Below are positions 1 to 11,800 of a stretch of 64,000 nt of DNA, in pieces. The notes below the pieces were generated by a model that did no database searches, was not told the DNA's origin, and saw only the letters and a program-made list of their open reading frames with translations. How positions within the stretch are numbered: position 1 is the stretch's first letter; the number at the start of each line of letters is the position of its first letter. Made by a program: the position numbers and the translations under genes. Origin of the DNA: Lytechinus pictus (Eukaryota); contig NC_087250.1 of assembly GCF_037042905.1 (NCBI RefSeq), positions 12,774,001-12,838,000 on the forward strand, written 5' to 3'.

Positions 1-925
1 GAACAGGAAAGGGGAGCAAAGGGGGAGGGGTAGGGGAAGTACATGTACATGAATGGAGAAAGATATTGAGCATGGAGAGATAGGCGAGAGACAAGTACAT
101 GTAGGGCTTCATTACTCGTAGGGGCAACAATGGAAGATGGGGGAGGGGAGATAGAGGGGTGGGGAGAGGAGGGGGAAGAGAGAGAGAAAGGGAGAGAGGG
201 GAGAGGATCAGGAAGGGGGTAAGGGAATTATGGAGAACAATATGGAGGGAGAGATAGGCGAGGGACAAGTAAGGCTACATACATGTAGGCCTTGTAGGGG
301 AATGGAAGATGAGGAAATGGTGATGGAGGGGTGGGGAGAGGAGGGGAAGGAGAGAGAAAGGGAGAGAGGGAATCATGGAGAACAATATATAGGGAGGGAG
401 ATGTAAGTGTGAGTGAGGGAAGAGGAGGGAGGGAAGCTGAGGGTGGGAGGTGGGGAGGGGAAGGGGTAGAGGTGGGGGAAGGGGTAGAGAGAGAAATTCA
501 GTAATATGGTACAGACCATGCCTGGGAGGGAAGAGGACAAGTAAGGCTACATACATGTAGGGGAATGGAAGATGAGGGAGGGGAGATGGAGGGGTGGGGA
601 GAGGAGGAGGAGGAGAGAAAGTGAGAGAAGGGAGCAGATCAGGAAGGGGGGTAAGGGAATTATGGAGAACGATATGGAGAGGGAGATAGGGAGGGAGATG
701 TAAGTGCGAGTGAGGGAAGAGGAGGGAGGGAAGCTGAGGGGGGAGGTGGGGAGGGGAAGGGGTAGAGAGAGAAATTCAGTAGTATGGTACAGACTATGCC
801 TGGGAGGGAAGAGGAGAGAAGAGGACGAGATGGGATATGGAGGGAGAGATAAGTAGGTGAGGGAGATGAAGGGAGAGGAAGGGGGAAGTGGAGATGGAGG
901 GGGGGGGGCAGGATGGGGAAGAGAT
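1..925. repeat. Purine-rich (GGA/GA) degenerate tandem repeat
   Basis: Almost pure G/A plus strand with recurring blocks (gtaagggaattatggagaac at ~219 and ~651; gagagaaattcagta..atggtacagac at ~488 and ~767; gtaaggctacatacatgtagg at ~269 and ~541). Confidence 0.9.
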
Positions 926-2289
926 ATAGTTGGTAGACTAAATAAGATAATGTTATCCCCAGGCTTTATCTGACTGGAATGCAGATGGATCAATTGAGAG
1001 AGACTGAGACAGCTTGTCCACCCATGGATGCATCATGTACACTCATGAACTAAATACTCTTCCATTTATAATACTGGGCCACATTATCTTACAGCTACAT
1101 ACATGTACACTATATTCCAAACTATTTGTTGCTGATCTGTCAAAATGATAGCAATCACTTTTCCCCACAACAGATTTAGAAATGATCCTGTCTTTGTGTC
1201 TTTGCTAAACTGTCATTTGTATCATAAAAAGAAATCTTTGAATTAAAAAAAAATCCCAGACTTTATGGCAAATATGTACTTGCAATTGTAAAGTTTCTAT
1301 CTACAATACATGTATGTTGATAACAAAAGGGTTTTTACATGCATCGGATTTGGGATTTGATGAACAACTGATTTATATTTAAATGAAAAGGGACATTGCC
1401 ATCCCATTAATAAATCATAAAAATATACCTTACAATTCAGTAGAAGTTGAATTAAGGCTATAATTAAGGTCCTAAAATTGAAGTTGCTATTTCCATTTTG
1501 CTTTTTTTTGTCATGTAATAGCAGAAGAATAATCTTGATAAATAGTTTTATCCTGTTTTGGATTCTTTAAAAGGCATGTGATGAATGACATCCAAGGGAT
1601 AGTCATTTCTTCACAAGTCAGATAACTTCCTCTTTGTACTATAAAATTATTTCAGTTGATATCATGACCTTGACGAAAGGTGAATAGCCACCAAGGGTGG
1701 GTGGGGGGAGGGGCACTTCAATTGACTTTCTTAGCGAAATAGAATAGATACCCTTTCTTCATTATTTTAGTGTTTTTGACACCCTTATTAGTTATTACGT
1801 TCCGTACATAACATGCCCTATCTTGAAAAAGACATCCTTTTTACATGTTTTTTTTTTGGTCGCGCATAGTATCCACTCGTCAATGAAAGTGCTCCCCCCC
1901 CCCCCCCCCCACCCGGGATAGCCACCAAACATCACTACTTTTTGGATAATAGCAAATTCTTAGGTCTGAAATTAGACTACTGGTTGGTTTAAGACGAATC
2001 ACATCATTCTAAGCAAGAGAAAAAAGAATTCAAAATACTGCACATTCGATCAAAGTAAACTTTTCTTTTCTCCCAATCAACATGAATTATATTTTAAAAA
2101 AGAAAAATTGATCAGAACACTGTATACTGTCATGGACCCAATTAATGTATCTGAATCTTGTATTGAGTTATTGACTAATAAAGTACAAAATAAGCCAAGA
2201 AGATGGTGATATAATATTATAGGGCTAATAATCAAATGAGTAATCTACACAATCTCTAACTGTTGATAGCAATTAGACTTTGCTCTAAT

Positions 2290-2720
2290 GGCAATAGATT
2301 ATAAATGAAGATGTGAGGATGATGATGATGGTGGTGGTGGTGATGATGACTGGATGATAGTGGTGATGATGATGATGGTGATGATGATATTGTGAAGATG
2401 TTTTATTATGATGCTTTGGTTTTAGTGATGGATTTGGTGGTGGTGGTAGTGGTGGTTGATGATGCTTAAGAGGGAAGATAATGAGGATGAATACAAAGAT
2501 GTTCATGATGATTATGAGGATTATGATGCCTAATTATTGTGAAACTATACATGTTTACATAAATGCTTTCTGGTGGTGATGATGATGATAATAATGATGA
2601 CAATGATGATGATAATAATGATGAGGATGATGGTGACAATGATGACGATGATGATGATAGTAATGATGTTAATGATGATGATATTTAAAAATATGATGAA
2701 GATGATGAATCATTGATAAC
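2290..2720. repeat. (GAT/GGT)n trinucleotide low-complexity tract
   Basis: Runs of gatgatgat/ggtggtggt seen directly. Confidence 0.9.
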
Positions 2721-2744
2721 TCCAAACAATTAATCCATAATCAC

Positions 2745-3338
2745 CTGTCGGCAGCTCGTCCACTCCCCAATCCTCCATTTAAAAACCGGCATCGTCAACT
2801 CAACTCGACAATCCGGCAGCTCCTCATCCCGCTGAGTTTCAGACAATTCACCACACTCCTTTCCCCCAAATCTCGGGGCACGAAGTACCGTCCTCGTCCG
2901 GTAGCGATTTGCTGGCTTGCAGGTCCCACTCCAATCCGACCACACACCCCATGGGCCAACGACACAGTTTTCGGGGCAAGGAAGACATTGTCGGTATTTC
3001 AACGGTCGAGGAATACCATCGCAGAAATAAAACGGCACCTGAGTTCTTATTTCACCGATATAAACACAAAATACATCTCTAGATTGTCCACAGAAATTAG
3101 TGTTTTCTTTGCCCCCGCATTCGCCCCACGGACCAGCCGCCCATTCGAACAGGGTGGTAGCTGCGTTGATCGCTGAAGTACTTGGGATGGCGACAGTCGA
3201 ATTCCCGTTGGAAGAACGGGAGTGGTGAGTTTGTTGTGCGAGGGTAAAATCGATTTTTCCCGGGCCAGCCAAGAAAATCAATGAATAAATAAATGAATTG
3301 AACACCGCTTGAAATATGATTGACGGAAATCTCTCCAT
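2745..3338 (-). CDS. Thrombospondin type-1 domain-containing protein 7-like (THSD7A/B family), probable first coding exon; rest of gene lies left of the window
   Basis: ATG at 3338, hydrophobic signal-peptide-like start, then TSP1 repeats (WAAGPWGEC, QSRDVFC, CVVGPWGVWSDW, RYRTRTVLRAPRFGGKEC, WRIGEWTSC) in the alternating pattern of THSD7 proteins; phase-0 donor CAG|GTGATT after 2745. Confidence 0.8.
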
Positions 3339-3974
3339 CGTTGTTCATTGATTGACTTCATGAAAGAGCTCAGAGTCAAATGAAAATTGTGCTCATGTCC
3401 ATTGGTGTCACTGCTTGGTCGAACTTCTGCACCTCTAATAAATGCAAGGGAACAGGTGTAGCGAGCTGGCGCATGCACTGCACTAGCGTGCACTATACAA
3501 TACCCCACCCCCGGCTCCACATCCATAAATTGATTACACACGCTCTGTATATACCCCCCCCCCTCTCTCTCTCTCTCTCTTCTTTTCTATTTTTTTTCTT
3601 GGTACATAGTATCAGATTTAGTCAATATGTTGTGGATTTAATTTATTTCTTCATTTTCTTTATGGTCTTTATAATTGTCTCAGTGCACTCATCAAAGCTC
3701 TAGCTGATTACAGAGTTGTTACCTCCATTGTGTTGTGAAATCTTTGAAATTGTATTAATGCTTTTTTCTTTGGAAATGAATGTTGAATTGAAATTAATCT
3801 CTTTATTCATATAATCATGCCAATACCACTTTATCTAGTATTTAAAAAAAACAATGATACTAATAAAATTGGTAGAATTCTGTATTCAATGAACAGCTAT
3901 AGAAAGTGTTCTGCATTACTTCAATATTATTGGTAACTATCATCAATTCTATTCTAATAAGATCACTATTGATG

Positions 3975-4180
3975 TCATTATTCTCAATATCATCATAACC
4001 ACCACCATCATCACCACCACCATCATCATCATCACCATAACCACCACCATCATCATAACCACCACCATCATCATAACCACCACCATCATAACCACCACCA
4101 TCATCATCATCACCACCATCATCATAACCACCACCATCGTCATAACCACCACCATCAAAACTACCATCACCATCATCACT
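3975..4180. repeat. (CAT/CAC)n trinucleotide repeat
   Basis: Seen directly; explains the Met/Val-rich ORF 3949-4230. Confidence 0.9.
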
Positions 4181-5057
4181 ACTTTTAATTGCAAATTGCT
4201 ATAATTCAATTTAATATGATGGCCATTCATCAGCTAATAATATTCAAACGCTAAGGGGGGGGGGCTGCGATGGGTATCTCACCACCAAAACTTTAGCTTC
4301 TACAGTAAACACAAGCGAAAAATTAATCACATGATCGAAGGTTGTTTGAATTCAATTATAATTGGAACACATTAATACACAAGCTAGAACAAAAAATGTT
4401 CTCATGTGCACACAAATGTATACATGTACATTGTAGAGAGGCTTCAAAGACACATAGGCAAAAAAAGAGTTTGCAAAAGTGGGCATCGATTAAATGACAA
4501 AGAAAGATAGATGTATATTTCTATACTCAATGGCTTAACTTGTTACAGATTAGTTGTGAGCAACATACATATATCAACTTCAAAAATACATGATCTATAG
4601 TTGCATATGATTAATGTTTTATTTTGTGTTAAAATTTTAAGCATCAAAAGAGACGAGGACCTTCTGGGCCATACGGCAAAGAACTTAGTGATCGATAGCA
4701 GGGCTGGTTTCCATGATTGCTTGCATCAACTATTATGTGCAATCAGGCCTATAAATCAACATTACGATCGATCAGTTTTAACATTATGATCAATCGGTTT
4801 TAACCTCAATGTAACAATATTTGTTTCATATCATATGCATCCATCATAGCATTGCCTTCATGTCATAAAAAATATTCTTGAGAAAGAATGTCCAAGACAA
4901 ATTATAGAGAGGTTGAGAAGCAAGAAACTGAAAACTTAAACTGAACTGAAACTGAAACCTGGGACATGAAAAAAAATGATTTGTTGGCAAAAATGCAGAA
5001 AATAATCCTGCTCAGTGGATCAGTATTTTTCTAAATTCCATTTTATTTTTTATATAG

Positions 5058-5432
5058 CTCCCAGATCTATTTTTATTTGAAGATTGAGGGGAATTCAGCC
5101 ATACAGGTCTTCTGCTTACAATATGGAGGTCGCTCTTCAACACCATTTGATATTCTTTATGAATTTCACTTGTAAACAAAATCAAAATGTCAAAATCAAC
5201 CACAACTATGGAAAGCCAGCAACATCAATATCTAAAATACAGTTTGTTCAAAAATGCTTTCTGGATATGATGTATGTTTATACATTAATAGTTTTCTTTA
5301 AAATTCATTGTGCTTCTCTGTGATTACAAAGAACATAGTGTAAATTTCCTGAAGAAAAAATTATGACGTTGATGAATTTCCATATAGTTGAGGTTGATCG
5401 GATCAATCGCAACTCTTTGTAAGATGGGGCCC
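5058..5432. mobile_element. MITE family copy (GGGCCCCGTCTTACAAAGAGTT termini, PIF/Harbinger-like), left end disrupted
   Basis: Right end aactctttgtaagatggggccc; interior aligns by eye with copies at 6261-6532, 22649-22923 and 54101-54230. Confidence 0.7.
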
Positions 5433-6260
5433 AGGTTATCACATTTTTTAAATTTTGGGGTGATGGTCAACTTTGAATACAAATATAACAGGGGGCAAGT
5501 GTTATTAGGATCGGTCAGGTTACAGTATGCAAGCAATCTCCATTTTTAGGCCTGGGCAAAAAAAAATAATCAGAACATACAATTTGTATTATATACAACT
5601 CAAAATCAATTCACAACATAATTCTAAAGAAGCGACATCACAATATACCGTGGCTTCCAATGAAAAAGATCGACCACAAAAATATCGCACCAAATCCACT
5701 CTGTAGAGTGCTCAAGGCGCCTTCCAAGAAATTTTCAAGGAAATTAAGAAGGTATGAAACAAAACTGTTTTCGGGTGTTTCAGAAGATAAACAGGTTTCG
5801 ATGTCTTCAAAGATCAAAGAACTTCAATCTATTATTCTGATCACGAAAATGGTTGCCATATCCCAAACCATACTTGAGTAATTTGAGAACAAAAAAATCT
5901 CTAAGCCTCACATGATATACATGTATTAATATCACATTGATTTCCTAGTTAAATCATGGCTCCTTTTTCACAGAGCAAATTAAATATTGGTTAATACATG
6001 GACCCTTATAATTGAAGTTTTGTTAAATATTGTAATTATTCACTTTGACTCAAGTTAAATTCATATCTTCCTTTTTTCCAAGTATGGATATATCAAGTAA
6101 AAAAAAATCAACAATTTTCATTACATTTTGAAGTTATTCACTCTGACTTCAAGTTCTGGCCATCACAATTTTTTTTTAGTATGAGCATATCAAATTGACA
6201 ATTACTGCTTGTTGCCAATTTGAGGAGTAAATAGAGATAGATTTTTACCTAACAAGGCCA

Positions 6261-6532
6261 GGGCCCCGTCTTACAAAAAGTTGGGATTGATCCAATCAAC
6301 CTCAACTATGGATGGCCAGCGACTTCAACATCTAAAATTCTAATTTTTTCAAAATATTTTCTAGATATGATGTATAATCATACATTCATCGTTCTCTTGA
6401 AGATGCAGTGCGATTCTCTTTGTTTACTACGGAGATTGTGCAAAATTTCTTGTAGAAACAATTATGTTAAGGATGGGTTTCCATACAGTTGAGATTGATT
6501 GGATCAATTGTAACTCTTTGTAACATGGGTCC
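6261..6532. mobile_element. MITE with long terminal inverted repeats (PIF/Harbinger-like)
   Basis: gggccccgtcttacaaaaagttgggattgatccaatc ... gattggatcaattgtaactctttgtaacatgggtcc; four copies in the window. Confidence 0.8.
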
Positions 6533-6533
6533 A

Positions 6534-7014
6534 GGGTGAATTTCATAAGGATTTACAACTATTGTCAATTTGCCATTATCATAACTACCATGGAAAGCTT
6601 GATTGTGATTGGCTGCTGAGCCCTGTTAACATGGTAGTTGTCATAATAACCAGTGTTACTCTTTATGAAACAGGCCCCAGATATATCAAATCGGATCGAT
6701 TGGAAAGATCATAATACTTTATAAGAAAGGGCCCAAGGGAGCATTTCATCAATATCTTGTTGTCTGAAAAGTTTTCAGATCTGACAGCTTTCCATGATTT
6801 CGATTGGCTGTGGAGCACCATTACTATGGTAACTGTTGAATAAAACAGGACTTGTCGGATGCAACATTTGACAAGTTCTTTCGTGAAATGCTCAGATGAG
6901 CATTTCATCAAAATTTTTGTCGGACAGGTTGTAAGACCTGCACGACTTTTCTCGATTTTGATTTTCTGAGAAGCACCATTACTATGGTAACTGTCAGATA
7001 AAATGTCCGACAAG
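6534..7014. repeat. Cluster of short palindromic (tttcat...atgaaa) mini-elements
   Basis: Three ~150-bp units bounded by catttcat.. / ..atgaaa with a central gattggctg..agc.c motif; the third is split by the hAT insertion and resumes at 8838. Confidence 0.6.
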
Positions 7015-8829
7015 TAGTACTGCAAGTCAGGCACCATGTTCGGGTTCGGTTCGGTTCGGCAAGGTTCGGCAGAAATTTGCCGAACATTGGTTCGGTTCGG
7101 GGTTCGGTAATGATAGACTGATAAAGCTATAGTTCATTCAGGTATAACGTAGACAATTTGTACTTGATTGACTGCATGTGCTCGCGTGTACCCCTGTCAC
7201 ATCAAACCATTTTATCTCTATCTTGTTGACATGAAACTATGAAAGTTATAGCGCTCAACGAATCAACAGTTATCTCGAATTTGATTATCTGATGACAGAT
7301 TTATTGGGTAACTCACAGTTCTAAAATGGCGACTCTTCCTAGTCGTCCATACCTGGACCACACTTTGGATACTTGCCAAATTAACTACGCTCGCACTCGA
7401 TCGTACCAGCTAGGCCAGCGCATGCAGTCCCCTTGAGCTCATGAATATTTATATATACAGTCTAGTCCGGCCAAACGTGATTGGCAATTGCATCACATAC
7501 GAGGCGGCCAGCGCCAGTGCACTGAACTGTAGGCATAGTAGGGCCAGGGGCGTGTCGAAGAAAGCGTGCTTATGTAATGCGCCTTTCGCTAATTGGCTCG
7601 ATGGGTGAACTAAACCACCAATCGCATGTCGCTGATTGTCGCATCGGTACATACAGCCACGTGCTTTGTCTGCTCGCGAAACTCAGCTCACTGATTGAAG
7701 AGAAATTCCCGAGATTTCTGTGATTTCATTGGTCAGATTTCATTCGACCATGAACATACAGACCAAGTGGGATGCAAAGTTTTACGACTGTAATGGGACA
7801 GGGGGAGTAGAGTGATCATCGAATTGTTTATGGTTAATTTGAGAAGTTGATAAGAAAGGGAAAAAAAAGTAAAGATTGGGGGTCATTTTCCCCCAAGAGA
7901 TGAATGTTTCCGCATGGCTTTATCTTCATTCAACTTGTCAACGAGGGGAAGGGGATCTTGCTATATGCTTTACCGTAATCATTCATGAGTGTTTGATTTT
8001 TATTTTCATCTGATTGTTAATAATAAAAAAGATAACTTCACCTCATCTCATTTCTATATTATTTGTTTTGCGTCTCTCCTTTTCATCTCTAACAGTCACT
8101 CACTTTATTTCACACTTTCACTGGATCTCTCGTTTTCAAAACTCTTTACTTCTCTCTAAAATCATGAAAACTAGACAGTAGCGAGCCGACACCTCAATAA
8201 TAATGTCAATCACCTCAATCTGATCTTTATTCTCCGCCGCAACAATACACGAGTTACGATCTTAATCACATCGTATCGTAATTCGTAATATTAATGGTAC
8301 TTCATCTTTCACTTTCAGTTTATTGAGCTCGTTTATTCAAAATACTTTGAAGATTTTCAAACAAGAATCTTGTTCGCCACCTAAAAACAACAATATTTTA
8401 GATAATTAGATTTAACCAATGAACACTCATACAGTTTTGGTTTTCTTTACCATGCTTCGGCGATTCGACCACGGAGCGAGAGATGATGAAAGCCAGTAAA
8501 ATGATTATAGCGCAAGCTCGCGCAACATCATTCATCGGATCTCCTTTGCCGTAAAAACCACAATGTCAACATGAAAATGAAAACAAAATCTAGTAACCGC
8601 AAAATAAGCGCATACTTCCAACATACAATTGCAAAGAAGATTAAATAGAGAATGCGCAAATATAATAATTAGAAAGGGTGTAAACTTACAAATTTATTAG
8701 CTGAAAGCCGTTTTTTTTTTTTTGCCGAACTTCCGAACCAAGTCTTAGTGTTCGGTTCGGTTCTGTTCGGTTCGGAAGTGCCATGTTCGGCGAACTACCG
8801 TTCGGTTCGGCGGTTCGGCTACAGCACTA
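7015..8829. mobile_element. Non-autonomous hAT-like DNA transposon, 1815 bp
   Basis: Perfect 8-bp TSD CCGACAAG (7007-7014, 8830-8837); termini TAGTACTGCA / TACAGCACTA; (GTTCG)n subterminal repeats at both ends; no transposase ORF. Confidence 0.9.
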
Positions 8830-8890
8830 CCGACAAGTCATGTCATGAAATGTTTCCCAGATGTAATGACTGGACAATAATAAAGAAAGT

Positions 8891-11800
8891 TTATTTATAG
8901 AGTTTAGCAAGCATTTTGAGCTGCAGGATTTTTATATCGGCAGCGCCTAGATCCATCTTGACGATCCCGTCTTCAGCATCAATGTTGATGAGGGTTCCGG
9001 TGCTGTCACGGTCGTCACCCATTATCACTTTCACCTAGAGAGAGAAAGAGACGGAGAGAAAGAGGTAAAGAGAGGTCGAGGTAGGGAGAGATAAAGTGAG
9101 ATGAAAAAGAGAGGAGAAAGGGAGAGAAAAGGATAGACAGGCAGACATACAAAGATAAAGTCAGAGATAGAGAGAGATAAAGAGAGGTAGAGCAAGATGA
9201 AATACAGAGAGAGAAAAGTTAGAGAGAAAGAAGAGTGAGACAGGACAGAGATAAAGAAAGAGAGACAAACAGATACAAAAACAAAGATATATAAATAGTC
9301 AAAGAGATTTAGAGATAAAGTTAGAGAGAAAGAAAAAGGGATAGACAGTGAGATATAGAGAGAGATAGGGAGAAAGAGATTTTTAAAATAATTTATGCAC
9401 ACAAGGAATGATGCAGGGATGTAGACTGGTAGTTCCGATTCACGAGGTCACTGGGGTAAATCTTCTCCCATAAACTTTGTTCTTGTGACTCAGGGCAAGG
9501 TTGGGGCCAAGGCCTGCAAAATGGGGCTTTTAGGCCAGCCTTGACTACATCCCTTGACAGTCTTCAAGTAAGATGTTCCATGTGTCGTTGTTCTTATAAA
9601 ATTCTACTACATTTTATTCAAAAGTGGCCCTTAGATCAGTCATAACTTTATTTGAATTTATATCAACTCATTGTTAGATTTATAGGCCCCTGGAAATCTA
9701 GGTTCAAAATGACTTACTCTGTCCGTTTTGCTTGGCATGACAGGCTCAAGATGAACTGCTTTCACTGTTACGACTCTGTCCTCCCCGTCCGGAAGGTACA
9801 CCGAACACAATGGACCCTGATAAGGACAAAAATCATTCAAAGATATTATTAGGCAACTTTCAAAAGAATATATTACACAATAAAATGCACTATCAATTCA
9901 CACACATGACATGTGTGTCATGTATGTGTGAACCATTTGTTATGAAAATATTTACACTATACACGGAAAAATTGTGTCTATCTATCTACTGTATTCTTCA
10001 CAAGAAGGGTAGAAAAATTTATATTTTTAGGGGCTATCTTTTTATCCACATCAGTGTGATTGCAGAATTTGGGGGCTATTTCTTTCCTTTTAAGGGCTAC
10101 ATTTGACCATGGACCTATTACGAATGGACATTCAACGAATCCCCTCCTTTGACCCAAAGACCGTCGCCGCTAATCCTTTTATAAACAGAGCGCTGGCAGC
10201 TGACACCCATCAAGCCGGTCGCAAAACTCGCTCTCACTGATGGACAGCGGAAATCAATTGTACGCTGCTCCTACCCATTGCGATGTTGTTCGTTCACTTT
10301 ATCAAAAGCAACGCACAGCAGCGAACGTTAGCGCTATGAAAATGATAGCAGAAACAAGAAAACAGGCGTGCATAAACGTATTTTTTACGTACATCGCTAA
10401 CAACCGGAAATGAAATGCATTGACATCACCTTGCAGATCCGTATATCTACGGCAAAAAAGCAATTGAAATTCGACGAAAAAATCTGCGGAAAAACGTTAA
10501 AATTTCATCTTTTTCGGACAGTATTGATGTCGATAGTAGCGCTTACCTTCGGTCAGAAGTTGATTTTCATTTGGGCATAAAATTCCACAGGATTGATGAA
10601 ATTTAACGGGATTTTTTTTGATGGACAGACGACAATCGCACATTATAGACAGCCTAAAATAATGTACTGAAAAACCGGATATGAATTGCGCATTGCATTC
10701 TAGGTAATGTAGGGACTTTCCCTATTGGCAATCGGGGCTACAACATGACCGTCTTTGGTCGAAAGAGGGCCAGTGATCAATCGGTGACGATCATCGGCCG
10801 AAAGGAGCTTGTGTAAACAATCGCCCCGGGCGGTCGTCGTAAAAACCGCGTAAAGAGAAAGTTAAGGGTTAGACAGGAATTTTGACAGCTGGAAACAGGT
10901 GGTGGTCATAAAATGCTCTCGTTGAATGTCCATTCGTAATAGGTCCATGATTTGACTGAGGGGCAACAGGAAACTGTGAAGTGAATGCGAATATCCATTC
11001 TGCCTTAGTTAGAATATTGATTTCCTTAAAAATCTTCAATATTTTTGGTGACAGATCTCGGGGGTGGGTGACTCTAAAAAGAATAGTCGCCCCATAGCAT
11101 GCATTTTGAGGGACTTTTAGGGGCGATTTTGGCTGTCAAGGGCAAAATCGCCCATCGCCCTGATGTTTTTTCTACGCTGTTTACAAGTTATTACATGACA
11201 TAGATGTTATTACAACATCATTTGAAGATTAATACACGATACACACATTTTCATATCACATTTAAAAAGAAAAATTATCGAATGGCAACCATGCATAAGT
11301 AATTACCGACGCATGACCAGCCATGCAAACGGTAAATTTTCCATGCGTCCAGTTATTACCTATGCATGGTAAATTAACATGATGCATGGCTAGCCATGTG
11401 TTGGTAATTACTTATGCCTGGTTGTAAAACAAATGATTCTTTGCCAAAAAATTCAACCATTCTATAAAACAAATAATACACAGGTTTGTTTGTGCATTAG
11501 TAGGACTAGTGAGAATGCGGTAACTATGGAAACTAGTCTTTTATTACAGAAACTAGTCTTTTATTACAGTTCCATAGTTACCTTATGCTCGCAAAACCTA
11601 CCAATGCCCTCACATCTGTGCAGCTACCGGTACATTTCTCACCTGGACGCTTCTGATGACACCCTCCTTGAAGATGAGCGAGGGGTCGTCATGGGAATCC
11701 TTGATCCTCACCATGATCTCGGGGGTGTGCCAATCGACCTGGGAGGGGTGCATGATGTCGCCCCCTGGTGTCTGGGGGTTGTACCCCAGGGGCGATGGGG

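Noticed and set aside
275..993. Pro/Leu/Ser-rich ORFs
   Set aside because: Translations of the purine-rich tandem repeat.
7040..7110. (GTTCG)n arrays as CRISPR-like repeats
   Set aside because: No unique spacers; they are subterminal repeats of a TSD-flanked transposon.
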